Assembly (NCBI GenBank): GCA_030141605.1
Contig: JAQGDQ010000059.1
Coordinates: forward strand, 496,001-560,000
DNA: 64,000 bases
Direction: 5' to 3'
Origin: Tubiluchus corallicola
Lineage: Eukaryota > Animalia > Priapulida
This document shows, one piece after another, positions 43,560 to 55,361 of this stretch (position 1 is its first letter; each line of letters opens with the position of its first letter). Both the position numbers and the translations under genes were made by a program. The notes beneath the pieces were generated by a model. It saw nothing but the letters and a program-made list of their open reading frames with translations, was not told where the DNA came from and ran no database searches.

Positions 43560-44614
43560 TCCAATAAGTAAAAAACAAAGTGGCTACCGGATTTCCGACA
43601 TATAGTCTAACAGAATAGTGAAAAATTTGCTCACTTCACCTAAAAGTTTGGACAATGCTAGAACACAACCAACTGATTAATTTTGTGTATGAGGCCGATC
43701 GAAAATCTTCCAATGTGACAAGATGGCTGTTACTAGATTTAAAAGCTATATCTTAGATGACGATCTTGATGTATAAATATAGATTTTTAAGTTCACTGAA
43801 TCCACATCTGATGCTTAAATACACCTATGACACCACCTCAATTAGGATTTAAAAACGGCTGCCAAGCTGATGATTTTAGCGTTAATTTATAGGTTTCAAA
43901 CTTAAAGGTGCTTGCGTAGTATCAACATTTTCAAGATGACGATAGATGGCTCCTGCTAGCTTACAAAGGCCATATCTCAGGCTACACAAAATTGTGAATG
44001 CTAAAAGTCCCGGGAAAAGGGAAAAAGTAGTGCTACTACAGCTGAATTACTACTACACGGGCTTCAATGCCTATACATATGACGTGACAAAACGCATCAA
44101 GACTTGTTCACAAGAAAGGGAAGATCACTGAAGTCAATTCGTCCAACATCTAACGCACTGTTGGAGCACACCATGCAGACGTATTATCTATCAGGACACT
44201 ATTGGGCCAAACAATGATCACTGCCCCAGCTTTACCATCAGCATTAAACTGGACTGTAAGAAGTTCACGTAATATGTAAACCACACTGGCCATTAAAGTT
44301 TGAAGTATGTCAACAACTTATTCAATGTTGCAGCCAGCCAACCAAAGGTGTCGTGTCAAATGTAAATGTGTCCAAGCAAGTCTGTCCGCACAGCTCTGTG
44401 GAAACGTGGTAATGAACGCGACAACTTGGTCATCTTGAAAATGGTAGTCATGTTGGACAATTTTTTATTGACCCCATATAACCGAAATTAATCACCCTGA
44501 TGAGTCCTAGCACTGTACAGAGTTCTATCATTTTAATGTGAAATGAGTAATCTTTTCACTCTTCTGCTGGACTATACATCGGGGGTACTTCGCGGTTATT
44601 TTTTACTTATTGGA
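43560..44614. mobile_element. Non-autonomous DNA transposon with ~85-bp diverged terminal inverted repeats
   Basis: TCCAATAAGTAAAAAA...CCGACATATAGTCTAACAGAATAGTGAAAAATTTGCTCACTTCACCTAAAA (43560-43646) pairs with 44531-44614. An inner inverted pair CATTTTCAAGATGAC / GTCATCTTGAAAATG is also present. Confidence 0.75.
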
Positions 44615-45099
44615 GTGTGCTAGTCTTTGCGCGTGCTTTTTGAGGTTTTTAGATTCAACAAAATCGTATTGATAAAAATAATTTGCTTTTTGTTTTTATA
44701 ATAAATTTTTATGTGAAGCAGGTTAATGTAATTACATGATTGGCGTAGTTTCAAGATTCCTAAATAGTAATGCAACTAAATTAATTCTAGAACCAAATGC
44801 GGTCGCAGCAAGTAAAATATAAAAAGTCCGAACCCTAATTTGAATTAGGGTCCCTGACTATATGTCAGTATATCAATGTTATTGTTTTGAATTGTTCATG
44901 GACAAGGAAAATCTCTCACTGTAACATTTTGCTAAGGCAAACACTAGTAACACACAGTGCAATGAATCTTACGAAACTACAGATAGGCTGGCGCCCTAAT
45001 AAGAAACGCTTCAGTGTGTCACGCATTTACTTTAAGTCTTTAACTGCAATTTGTTTTAAAAATTTTCTTTGTAATTTTCAAGTCGTGAGTAGTTAATTT

Positions 45100-45931
45100 T
45101 AGAGTTATTCGAAGTTCGGGACGGGATCGTGGTAATGTCGGGTCAGCGGTTTTGGGTCGGTGTTCGGGGCGTTAATTGCGTTTGAGTTCGGGACTTTTCG
45201 GGGTTCGAGATGAATTGGTCGGGTTTGGGGTTCAGGTCAGGATCGGGGTTCCCAATCCCGTATATAATTCAGCAACCGAAATAAAACAACTCGATTTAAT
45301 TTCTCAACCTCAATCTTTAACTCAATCTAATTTCGATAATTGCAACACGATTCATCCAGCCGTGGTATTAGGTATTGGTTTCGTGTTAAAATGAATCAGC
45401 ATATTGACAAAAAGCGTTGGTTGCTTGAGTGGATTTTAAAAAGGAAAGATAAGCATTATTGACAAATTACACCCACCGTGGGTGTAAGTATCCGTGTGAC
45501 CTACCAGAGTAAATTAGTCACATGCACAGATGCTGAATCCACTTTCTCTGTATGCACCGAGAAAAGATCACCATGCGTACTTAAAACACGTTCTAAAAAA
45601 TAAAAGAACTTAGTAATCACGCGATCAGCTATAGGCCTAGTTAACAAAATCTCAATAAAAAAACATTTAATAACAAAACAAAATTTAAGTTATGGTTGGT
45701 AAAATGGTAAAATCATTTTCTCGATAAACCTCAAAAAGTTGAACTAAACGTTGTTTTCTCAAATATTATAAACTTTTTTAAAAGGTGCGGTCGGGTTTAG
45801 AACGGGGCCAGAAGTTCGGAAACTCGGTTCGGGAGGGGTACATTTCAAGAATGAGGTTCGGGATTTAAGAAAAGTTGAGAATCGAGGTTCGGGGTTCAAG
45901 ATCGTAACTACCTCGATCCCGAACATCCCTA
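45100..45931. mobile_element. hAT-superfamily MITE with 8-bp target-site duplication
   Basis: Termini TAGAGTTATTCG...CGAACATCCCTA (TAGGGATG-type). Perfect TSD GTTAATTT at 45092-45099 and 45932-45939. Many subterminal GTTCGGG repeats. Confidence 0.9.
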
Positions 45932-47092
45932 GTTAATTTATTTTTCAGTTGAGAGCTTGAGAAAGAGTAGACCAATTTCAAACAGTACGGAAAAGGTAAA
46001 AGACGAAACTTTATTGAGTTAGTTGCTTCAAAAGTAATTATGAGTATACCTGTTTAACCTAACTCTTAATTAAAATTATTTATATGCTTAGCCCAAAATC
46101 GTAGAATTTCACTACGCGTTTAGTCATGCAAAACTATCTGTTTATATGGCGCATGGTTACTTCGAATAGAGAAAATAATTCGGGTCGGATAAAGGGCACT
46201 GATGCGCGAATGCCAATTAAGGTGTGCAAAGGCAGGAAAAGAAAGCTAGCTTAATTATCACGGAAGCCCTGCTATGACTAGTGCATCCTCGATACACGCA
46301 AGCTGATCTACTGTGAAAAATCTTAATGAAGACATTGGAATTCATTTTCAACAATATTAATAACTTAACTAGCAAAGGCCCGCAAAAAAATTTGCGTATA
46401 AATCCACTTATAATCAATGATGCGAGTACATCCTACACAGTGTCCATTTATTTACCTAATGCAAAGCCCATAGCAGCTTTCATTGAACTAAAGTTATGAA
46501 GTTATACGCGGAGTACAATGGAATGACGTCAGAACAATGCAAAACGTCAGCAGTTTTCTAAACGAGAATCGCCCATAATAGAACCTCCAATCAACTCGTA
46601 GATGCTTCTCTTGGAAGAAGCGGCTACATATATAAATTTAATATACATTTAATATATATATATATTAAAATGCATGAAATATATATATATTTCATACATT
46701 TTAATTACAATCTTAAATCTGAGTCTTCTAATCAGTTACTATATATTTAATCCACGTGGAACATGGCAAGAATGAAATTGAGCCTTCAATAGTGCAGAAT
46801 CTACCACTAATGTGGTAGGTTGTGGAATCTGTCTCACAACAAATAAATATTCTCTGAGAATATACATATACATATGCGTAAATTCATATACCACCGAAAT
46901 TAGTGTATAGAGATGTCAATGACTACATTTTTGACAAAATAAATGTACCTGAACGCCGTCTATGTGGTTCGCTGCATGTGTTTCATTATGCATTACCACG
47001 TTCGTCTAAATGCATCCTAAATATGTTGTCATTAGAACAGCTATTACTGCATGGCCACGAACTTGTTTAATGGATAAACCAGAACCGGATAG

Positions 47093-47105
47093 GTTGCTAA
47101 GCAAC
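47093..47105. promoter_or_regulatory. RFX X-box-like palindrome upstream of the CNG channel gene
   Basis: GTTGCT-A-AGCAAC fits the RFX consensus GTNRCY-N0-3-RGYAAC and lies ~1.35 kb upstream of the first visible coding exon. Confidence 0.55.
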
Positions 47106-48459
47106 AAGGTGCATCCTCATCCGAGACTACTCCGACAGTGGTTTGCAAAAAACTTACTCCTTTGAGAACTTGTGTATGCAGTTTACCCAGTACTGTGTAA
47201 CTTTAACAAGGCTCACATTTTGATTTTTCGCGTTTAGACCCCTTTCAGTCAATCATGGATACACCCGACTGGACGTAGAGTGTGTTATTACAGCCAAGTT
47301 AGAATGTTAGTCTACCTGGTCTGATTGATTAATTCGCTTTATAGATTTACCTGTAGCAAGATTCACGCGTAAATCACTTCGGAGATTTGAAACTTGACTA
47401 ATTACCTGTTCGCCGCATCGATCGCAGTCAGAAAAACCGGAATATTATTATTGTTACTGAAGCTTGAAGTTAATATTAGCTGGCATGGATATAGAAATGT
47501 GACTGTGCAGCTCTACGCAGGATTGCAATAAGTTCGGAGTACGTGTCTATTGCGTTTTTAGACCACGTAGACCGAGAACGATTTTATTTATAATTACGTA
47601 ATCATACCCATGCATTATATTGTAAATAAGTTTTTAAGTTAGTTTTAGTAGTTTTTTTGACGTGATAAACTGCCAAGGTTTAAAAATGATACTGCCCGGA
47701 AACATCTACATTAACTCAGCCATAAACCCCTCATCGGCGTACGGAAAAATTGGAAATATGATGCTTCTCTGTGTTTCCAAGATTATCCATATTTCACATG
47801 ACGCTCGCATGTTTTCACCAATCCAATTTCAAAAATACATGTTTTGTATCATTAATTAACTTTGAAAATAACTTTACTTATTTTCGCTAAATAATAAACA
47901 ATCGCTTTTAGCTAAACTAATTTTTGAAACCTTATAATTAGTATGCAATAATGAAATTTATATCGTTATAGTTGTGCTTCATTTTTGCGTGCTTTAGTAC
48001 ATAGATAATGAATTATGCTTTGTTTCGTATTAAGGATAATTTTGCAGATTATTTCATCAAAATAATAATCTTTTTACATTAAGACATAGCTCTAATAATA
48101 CAAAGTAATTTGTTAAAAACAATGTTTATATTCGAAGTTTTCTGTATTCAGTCCGGTTAGTTTAAAAGGCTGCTATACCCTATTCAGCAAAAATATCTTC
48201 ACCCCTAGTCAGCACAGCATGGTCTTTTGTTGTAAGTCATTACAGTTATAATAAATGTAATATTTTATTAACATAATTCTTTTTTTCCGCAATGAAAACA
48301 AAGCTAACAACGTCATTCTTCATCTAGCTGCAACATCTGAAAGAGAGATTATACATTAAATTTTCTAAACATTGTTTCACATATCTGAAATTTTACGTGG
48401 AATTAAATGTGGGATATTATACGTTCGTGGTTTATTTTCAGGGGCAAAAACAGCAAATC

Positions 48460-48900
48460 ATGACATCCTCTCCGGTAAATGTCATTTTAGCAGACAAGCA
48501 GCCTCAAGGTGAACATGACTCCACAGAACAGCTTGGGAATCACGTGAATTCAAAAGCAGGTGACACCAACCCAAATGTGGTTAGTGGCAGAAGTCATCCT
48601 AATGTTAGCATCACTGGCGAAAGAAGTCAAAGCGACAATGAAAGCCGAAGTTTGCGCTATTACCAGAACTCTCTGAGCATAAGCAGCGATGTTACTAATG
48701 ACGCTAACATTAAATCAGTGAGTCAGTGCACAATTAATAAGACCGGTGATGATGATGATGATGTTGACAGCGGCACTGACGACAAGAGTAATGCAGACAA
48801 TGAAGTCTGCTCGGAAATTGTGCACATTGAGAACCAGTCTAAAAAAGGAGACGACGCCAATCAGACAAACGTGTTCCATAAATTGGTTCAAAGAATGCAG
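48460..48900 (+). CDS. CNGA: Cyclic nucleotide-gated channel alpha subunit, coding exon 1 (disordered N-terminus)
   Basis: Acceptor TTTTCAG|48442, first in-frame ATG at 48460, open to donor CAG|GTAAGA at 48900 (phase 0), in frame with the next exon. An upstream exon, UTR or coding, is implied but not located. Confidence 0.75.
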
Positions 48901-49943
48901 GTAAGAAATGTTAGTATGAGGGCCACACAGTTTTGTTACACTTCTTGTACTTATTAATATGTCAGCATTGTTTGAGGTAACAGCACGATAACTTCTTAAC
49001 ATTACTGACATAGGCCTAATTATGCAATTACAGAAAAACATACCGATAGAGGATAAACAGCAAAAGGTATATTGATCGAATGCGGATAATAATCATATAT
49101 GGCATATATAGTTGGTATCAGATTTCAGATGTTATCAACTATCATCTTATTCCCAGTTATAAAACGTTGAAGGATTGTAGGTGCTTTTGACTGTTGTAAG
49201 GGACTACGAGGTACGCGCGAGTAATCACTTAACTAGAAAAGTTGAAGCGTCATTGTTTCCTGATGATTAGCTGAAAACAATAAGAGCCTCTGCCTCGCGT
49301 ATACCCTGCGCTGATCACTTAGCTATGACTAGCACTAGTTTTTTTTTGGACGTTGAAGATATATATTTATTAAAGTTGTCTACATTCATACGAAGTTTCG
49401 TTAAGATGTTTCGTTACCCCAGAAGGGCACAATTCTTAGGTGCCCACACAAAAAGCATAATTATAAGCCTGTTCCCAGCGTTTTCTTCACTCAAACACAC
49501 AGAGCCTACTTCCACAAGCATACAGCCGTTAGCACTTTAAATCTGTGGATAAGGTTAAATAAGCTCATCCGCTGCCTAACATGTATCATAAATATGAAGG
49601 TAAAAAGTTAAAGGTCAAGTCCGCTGCATGGCGAAAAGTGTCTATCTGCCTTATACTGTAACACAAAAGTTGTTACGTGACGCCCGTGCAACCAAATTTG
49701 GTGAAGTTGTTAACCAATTTCAAGGTCATCGCTAATTAACGCGTATGTAGAAAAGAACAGTCAAAGGTGAAGGTGAAACACGATTAATCATGGTTTTAAT
49801 GTCATCACTGGCGGCTTTAAATTGAAGTTTTTTTATTGATCAATGTAGCCTTTACTGTGTATAGTGTTGTGAGATAAATGGGAAGGGGATAATATGCAGT
49901 TCTGCATTACCTAAAATTATCAAATTTTAATTTTTTTCTTCAG

Positions 49944-50104
49944 TTCGTAAAGCAGTGGGGTAAGAAGGACGTACCAGAATTGAGCAGACCAGACTCGTTT
50001 CTGGAAAAGTTTGCTATGGTGGGAGCACAACAAGAGGTTACTGACACCGAGAGCCTTAAAGGAAGTGTTAAAGACTATAACTTCAACACCATTCGAGATC
50101 ACCT
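49944..50104 (+). CDS. CNGA: CNG channel alpha subunit, coding exon 2
   Basis: Acceptor TTTCTTCAG, peptide FVKQWGKKDVPELSRPDSFLEKF (RPDSFLERF motif of CNGA2/A3), donor CCT|GTAAGA, phase 0 to 2. Not in the ORF track. Confidence 0.88.
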
Positions 50105-50518
50105 GTAAGAAGTGCTTCACTTAGTAGTTTTTTTTTCATTTAGTCTTACACCTACTTTCAACCGAAAACTTTGCAAATTAAAGACATTAATGCAGCAATA
50201 TTGCTTGTAGGTGGTACGGAATAAACACGCCACTTTTATTATATTTTTGAAATCAGTTTTTGGATTACAGACCAAACACCTTCAACTACTAAACCGTCAA
50301 ACTTGCAAATAAAATTGCGAGCCCGATAAGGACTTTTATCTGATAATTTATTTAATTTGTTATTATTTTATTAATCATTATTTTATTAATGAGCTGATAT
50401 CCATTTTGTTTCATAGTCGCTGGTGAATAATTAGAAATTATTACTACATATCTTATCATAGTAGGCTAATTATAGTGTACGACATTGTCGATGTCAAGTA
50501 ATCTTTGGTTGTTACTCT

Positions 50519-50883
50519 TAAGAATTGCTCGCGAGGTGCGGTATACACTGGAGTAACTAAGTCCCAGTAGCTAGCTTGGTCAAGATTGGACGTCAAGGAG
50601 ATACACATAAGCCCATCCAAAAAATCCTAGTCGTATTTTTTGGTCAGAAGTTTAGACTCCCATTTTTTACAACAACCGAAAACGAGATATCAACACACAG
50701 ATGTAAAACGAGCTACCATATTCGTAAAAATGTCACTACGTGTTGAACTGAACTGTTGATTAGGCCTCTTGGATGGGCTTAAGATTAACTAGTTAACCTA
50801 TTATGCCCAAGCTCGACGAAGATAGCAGATTGGAATATCTTGGTCACTCCTGCATGTCCTGTTCCACTCGAAGTAATTTCTGA
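50519..50883. mobile_element. Old fold-back/MITE in CNGA intron 2 with ~115-bp diverged inverted arms
   Basis: TAAGCCCATCCAA (50609) / TTGGATGGGCTTA (50769) and GGAGTAACTAAG / CTTGGTCACTCC, with further patchy complementarity out to both ends. Confidence 0.7.
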
Positions 50884-51110
50884 GAGGAAAAAATTGCTGG
50901 AGATTGACCTGTTTGGACAAAAAGAAATGTACAGATGAGCCGCTCTTATGTCACACTGAAAACTGGTATTAAGAATTTACATCTCAGACTTTTACTTTAG
51001 GCTCACTTTATACAGAATTAGCATTTGGACAAACTCTATTTTTGAATAATTTTGAATAAACATGCTGTTAATAGTGTCAAGACATGTAACTGTGCTATCC
51101 ATTTTTTCAG

Positions 51111-51328
51111 TTCTCGACGAATTCGTAAATGGATCTTCGACCCTGCAGGCAGATTTTACTACAGATGGTTGTTCTTTGTCTCCCTAGCAGTGACCTACAA
51201 TGCCATATTTATCATAGCTAGAGCGACTTTCACGGAGCTACAGTTGCAACATCTAGGATTGTGGTTGAGCCTGGATTACATTAGTGACATTATTTACATT
51301 GCAGATATGTTGGTGCAATGTCGCAGAG
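51111..51328 (+). CDS. CNGA: CNG channel alpha subunit, coding exon 3 (S1-S2)
   Basis: Acceptor TTTTTTCAG, peptide WIFDPAGRFYYRWLFFVSLAVTYN...WLSLDYISDIIYIADMLVQCRR, donor G|GTAAAA, phase 2 to 1. Confidence 0.95.
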
Positions 51329-52169
51329 GTAAAAAATGGATTTTTGGTATGAATTTTATTCCATAGCGGCTGACACCAGTGCAACAGTATAAACGTTCAA
51401 CTACTAATGATCAAAGTCTGCAGAATGCTTAGTATCTCACTTACATCTCTATCTAGCAAATATTTTTGCTGGTAAATCAACCATCCAAATATCCAGAGGT
51501 CGGGCGATGCTTATGGGTTTTAAGTTGTTAACCTCGCATATGCTCGCATTTACATAGCAATAATTAATAACCATAGTATACTGCAGCTAGGAAGTTAGAT
51601 GTGTGTATTGCATATTCATTCTCATTTCTTTTCATTAATAACAAACTAAAATGCAAAGAGCATGAAAATTTATGAATAGGAGCATTTTCTCAGTGTCCCA
51701 ATTATTTTTCCTTATTGAACTACCTCAAACTCATAAGAATTCAATGCTAAAGTCGGCTTTTTGCATACCTTACACATGTCAATTCCTACGTGCCTTGTCT
51801 TAGTGTGGCACATTTGAAAGAAATTCAAAGTTCTTTTTTCACTTTCATACGAATGAAGTATTTTCAAGATAACTGGAAAACATATGATCGACTGACAGAC
51901 ATACTCGTTGTTGTCGCCATTCCAAGATGGCAACAATACACCACACACAAAACGTCTAAGGCCTGTCACTTTGTAATGGATCGTAAAGATCATACAGAAT
52001 GATATTTAAATTTGCTGTGCGAGGACTAAAGAGTCCCCTTTTTTTAAAGTGGTACTGCAGTAACAGAGCACACACGTTGCATGTATACACACATACATTA
52101 AGTAAGACATTCCATTCTTACAATTTTTAAGTTGACAGCCAATTAACTGAAAAAAGACACCAACAATTG

Positions 52170-52228
52170 TGCACCAACTGGGGCTTCAACTCACAACCTT
52201 ACAATTTCAGGTATACCCTCTACCTACT
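52170..52228 (-). mobile_element. Decayed tRNA-derived SINE head in CNGA intron 3
   Basis: The reverse complement AGTAGGTAGAG...GGTTGTGAGTTGAAGCCCCAGTTGGTGCAC has worn A and B boxes and no intact cloverleaf. Confidence 0.4.
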
Positions 52229-52428
52229 TGTACATTTCAACCTATCATCAACTGCACAGATCATTTAACTTCAATTTCACTACCATTAAAACTCTGAATT
52301 GTGCAATGCCAAGGTTTCGTCATTGTACTGAAACATATCAACATATGGTTTCAGTGATCTATGTATCCATTTACTGCATTTCATTTAAATTTTTATTGAT
52401 ATTTCTGCAGTGTCAGCACAATTCTTAA

Positions 52429-52887
52429 CCCTTTCAGTCCCAACTTATTTTTGTAATAAGAAAAAAATATTTGGCTTGGTACTTTTGTTCAGTATGTCCA
52501 TCTTGTTTACACACAATAATTATTTTTTCTACCTGTGCCCGTGTGCTAAATATACCCTGTATCCCGCGGGATACATTGGGATTCAATGGAAACATGAAAT
52601 GTGCTTCATTTTGCAACTGCTGGTAATTTTTTAAAGTATTTAAGACATTTAGTATGCATGCTATGCTGATCTGTACAAAGTCGTCTCTAAAGTACTGTAC
52701 CTTGCACAGTTTTTTATGCTATGTAGATTTCCTAGTTTGCCATTTTATCACCATTTTTAATCTATTGTTATTGGCTTAAATCAAAATAATTATTAACAGA
52801 TCAAATAACTGTCAGTCTTAAAATTTTATTAATTTTAAAGACAAAAAATATTCTCGTATCCTACGGGATACAACGGGTATGAAAGGG
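52429..52887. mobile_element. piggyBac-type MITE in CNGA intron 3
   Basis: TTAA|CCCTTTCAGTCCC ... GGGTATGAAAGGG|TTAA (TSDs 52425-28 and 52888-91). Internal palindromes GTATCCCGCGGGATAC and GTATCCTACGGGATAC. Confidence 0.9.
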
Positions 52888-53538
52888 TTAACTGACTCAA
52901 CATTGATAACTTTGAGAAAGGAATGCATTAACAGAAATTTGTGTTTGTGTATTGCACGTTGTCAAAGAATGAAGAAAGAAACTGTGACCAAGGTAATGAC
53001 ACGACAGTGTCACAGTGGAATAGCAGGAATCTACAAATGGAAATCATTGCTAGGCCAATAAAAACCAGAAGGAAAAGGAAGCTATCAAGGTTTTAATGTG
53101 AACACTTAGTAGCACCAAATTTATACTAACCAATGTTTAAATTATCTACCAGATGATATCATGCATTAAATTTTAACTGCTTCATCAGTTTTAAATTTTT
53201 CATTATAGCAAAGGGAGAACCTAAAGAACAAAACAGAAACCTTTCAAAGAAAAAAATCACAGTCCTTAATGACAGAGCTTAAACTAGCACCAACTTTGTT
53301 TCAGAAAATTGTTTCTTGCATTTTAACTGCCATGAATTTAAAGTGCAGTGGAAAATGAAAAATCCTGACAACTTATGTTTGTGTGCATATATGCATCTGT
53401 TGCACGCTTTGTCAAACAGTATCTCCATTGAATAGGTATGTAAATTAATTAAAATTGTCTGCATTACAGCAGATTAGCCATATTACTGTAACACAGACTA
53501 TATACGTAATCTGATTAATAACTGTGCTATTGATATAG

Positions 53539-55064
53539 GTTATCTGGAACAGGGACTAATGGTTCGTGACATCAAGAAACTGGCAAAGAACTATTACACA
53601 ACGAGAGAATTCAAAATGGATATTGTCAGTGTTCTTCCAACAGATATCCTCTATTTTGCAGTTGGCATTCATTACCCCTTGATTCGATTTAACAGACTCT
53701 TTCGATTTCGTCGCATTCGTGAATTCTTTGATCGGACAGAAACACAAACAAACTATCCAAACTTCATCAGAATACTTAATCTTGTGCTATATATTCTGGG
53801 AATTATACACTGGAATGCTTGCATTTATTACTCAATTAGCAAAGCTGTCGGGCTGGGGGCTGACGAGTGGGTGTATCCCGATCCAGTGGCTGACCCAGCA
53901 TATGCGTCCATGTCCAGAAAATACATATTTTGTTTCTATTGGTCTACGCTGACCCTCACAACAATTGGAGAAACTCCTCCACCAGACCAAGATATTGAGT
54001 ACCTCTTCCATGTTATAGACTTTTTGATCGGCGTGCTGATCTTTGCCACGATTGTTGGAAATGTTGGCAGCATGATCACCAATATGAATCAGGCAAGAAC
54101 GGAGTTTCAGAATAAAATGGACTCAATAAAACAATATATGGAATTTCGAAAGGTCAGTAAAGAGTTAGAAAGGCGAGTCATCAAGTGGTTTGATTACCTG
54201 TGGTCAAACAAACAATCATTACATGAAGAAAGTATTCTCTCATCACTACCAGATAAACTCAAGGCAGAAATTGCTATTCATGTGCACTTAGACACATTAA
54301 AACGGGTAAGTGTGTTTCAAGACTGTGAACCGGGTTTACTCGTAGAGCTAGTACTGAAGCTGAGATTACAGGTATTCAGTCCCGGTGACTACATATGTCG
54401 TAAAGGTGATATAGGTAAAGAAATGTATATAGTCAAAAGAGGAAAACTGAGTGTAGTTGGTGATGATGGCATCACAGTTTTTGTAACTCTTGGTGCTGGT
54501 AGTGTATTTGGTGAGGTGAGTATTTTAAACATTGCCGGTAATAAAACCGGAAATAGACGGACGGCAAACGTCCGCAGTGTTGGATACTCAGACTTGTTTT
54601 GTTTGTACAAAGCTGACTTGTGGGATGCATTGAGTGAATATCCAGAAGCAAAACGTCTCCTTCTCGAAAAGGGAAGACAAATTTTAATGAAGGATGGATT
54701 GATCGATGAAGAAAAAGAGAAGGTAGCATTAGAAAAGAAGGAAAACACAGAAATAAAAATTAATCGTCTAGATTCAGATCTGAACAATTTGCAGACTCGT
54801 TTTGCACGTCTGCTAGCCGAATACACAAATATAACGGCAAAGCTAAAGCAACGACTTAATAAACTTGAAAAGCTTTACCAGGGTAGTTTTGATGAGTTAT
54901 TGCTAAGTGGAGGTGAGGAGTTTTCACACAGCGATGGACAGCATAGTCGTGCTGAACGATCAGCCTCTTCACTAAGCAATGCTTATGATAGCTCTTGTGA
55001 TGCAATCAAGCCAGATAATATTACTAATACAACAAAACAACACTCAGTTGAAGATAGCAGCTAA
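53539..55064 (+). CDS. CNGA: CNG channel alpha subunit, terminal exon (S3-S6, pore, C-linker, CNBD, leucine zipper)
   Basis: Acceptor TATAG|, (G)[10 protein letters not shown], pore [27 protein letters not shown]...[17 protein letters not shown]-helix [24 protein letters not shown], stop TAA at 55062-64. Joined CDS is 2346 nt, 781 aa. Confidence 0.99.
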
Positions 55065-55355
55065 TTGATTATAATATGACACAGATTATGTGCTTTACCT
55101 ACTCTTCTAACAAGAGCAGATAAAACAACATGTATTTTTATGAAACCAATAGTGTTTATATTAAAATGGTGCTTACAAAGAATATCGAGAGTTCCATCTT
55201 TAGGTGCAAAGCAGAAAGATTTTCGAGTTAAACGTGTTTACATCACTGCAACTCACTGCAATGTACTGCTACATGGAAATCAAGTTATACAGCATTGTCT
55301 TGTTAGTAATTACACTCATTTTAAATTCTGTCCAGCTTATAATAACTGCTAAATT

Positions 55356-55361
55356 AATAAA
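55356..55361 (+). terminator. Candidate polyadenylation signal for CNGA
   Basis: First AATAAA I see after the stop codon (~290 nt downstream), followed by T-rich sequence. Confidence 0.45.

Noticed and set aside
54389-54826. 145-aa antisense ORF within the CNGA terminal exon
   Set aside because: Shadow ORF of the conserved coding strand with no independent signal.
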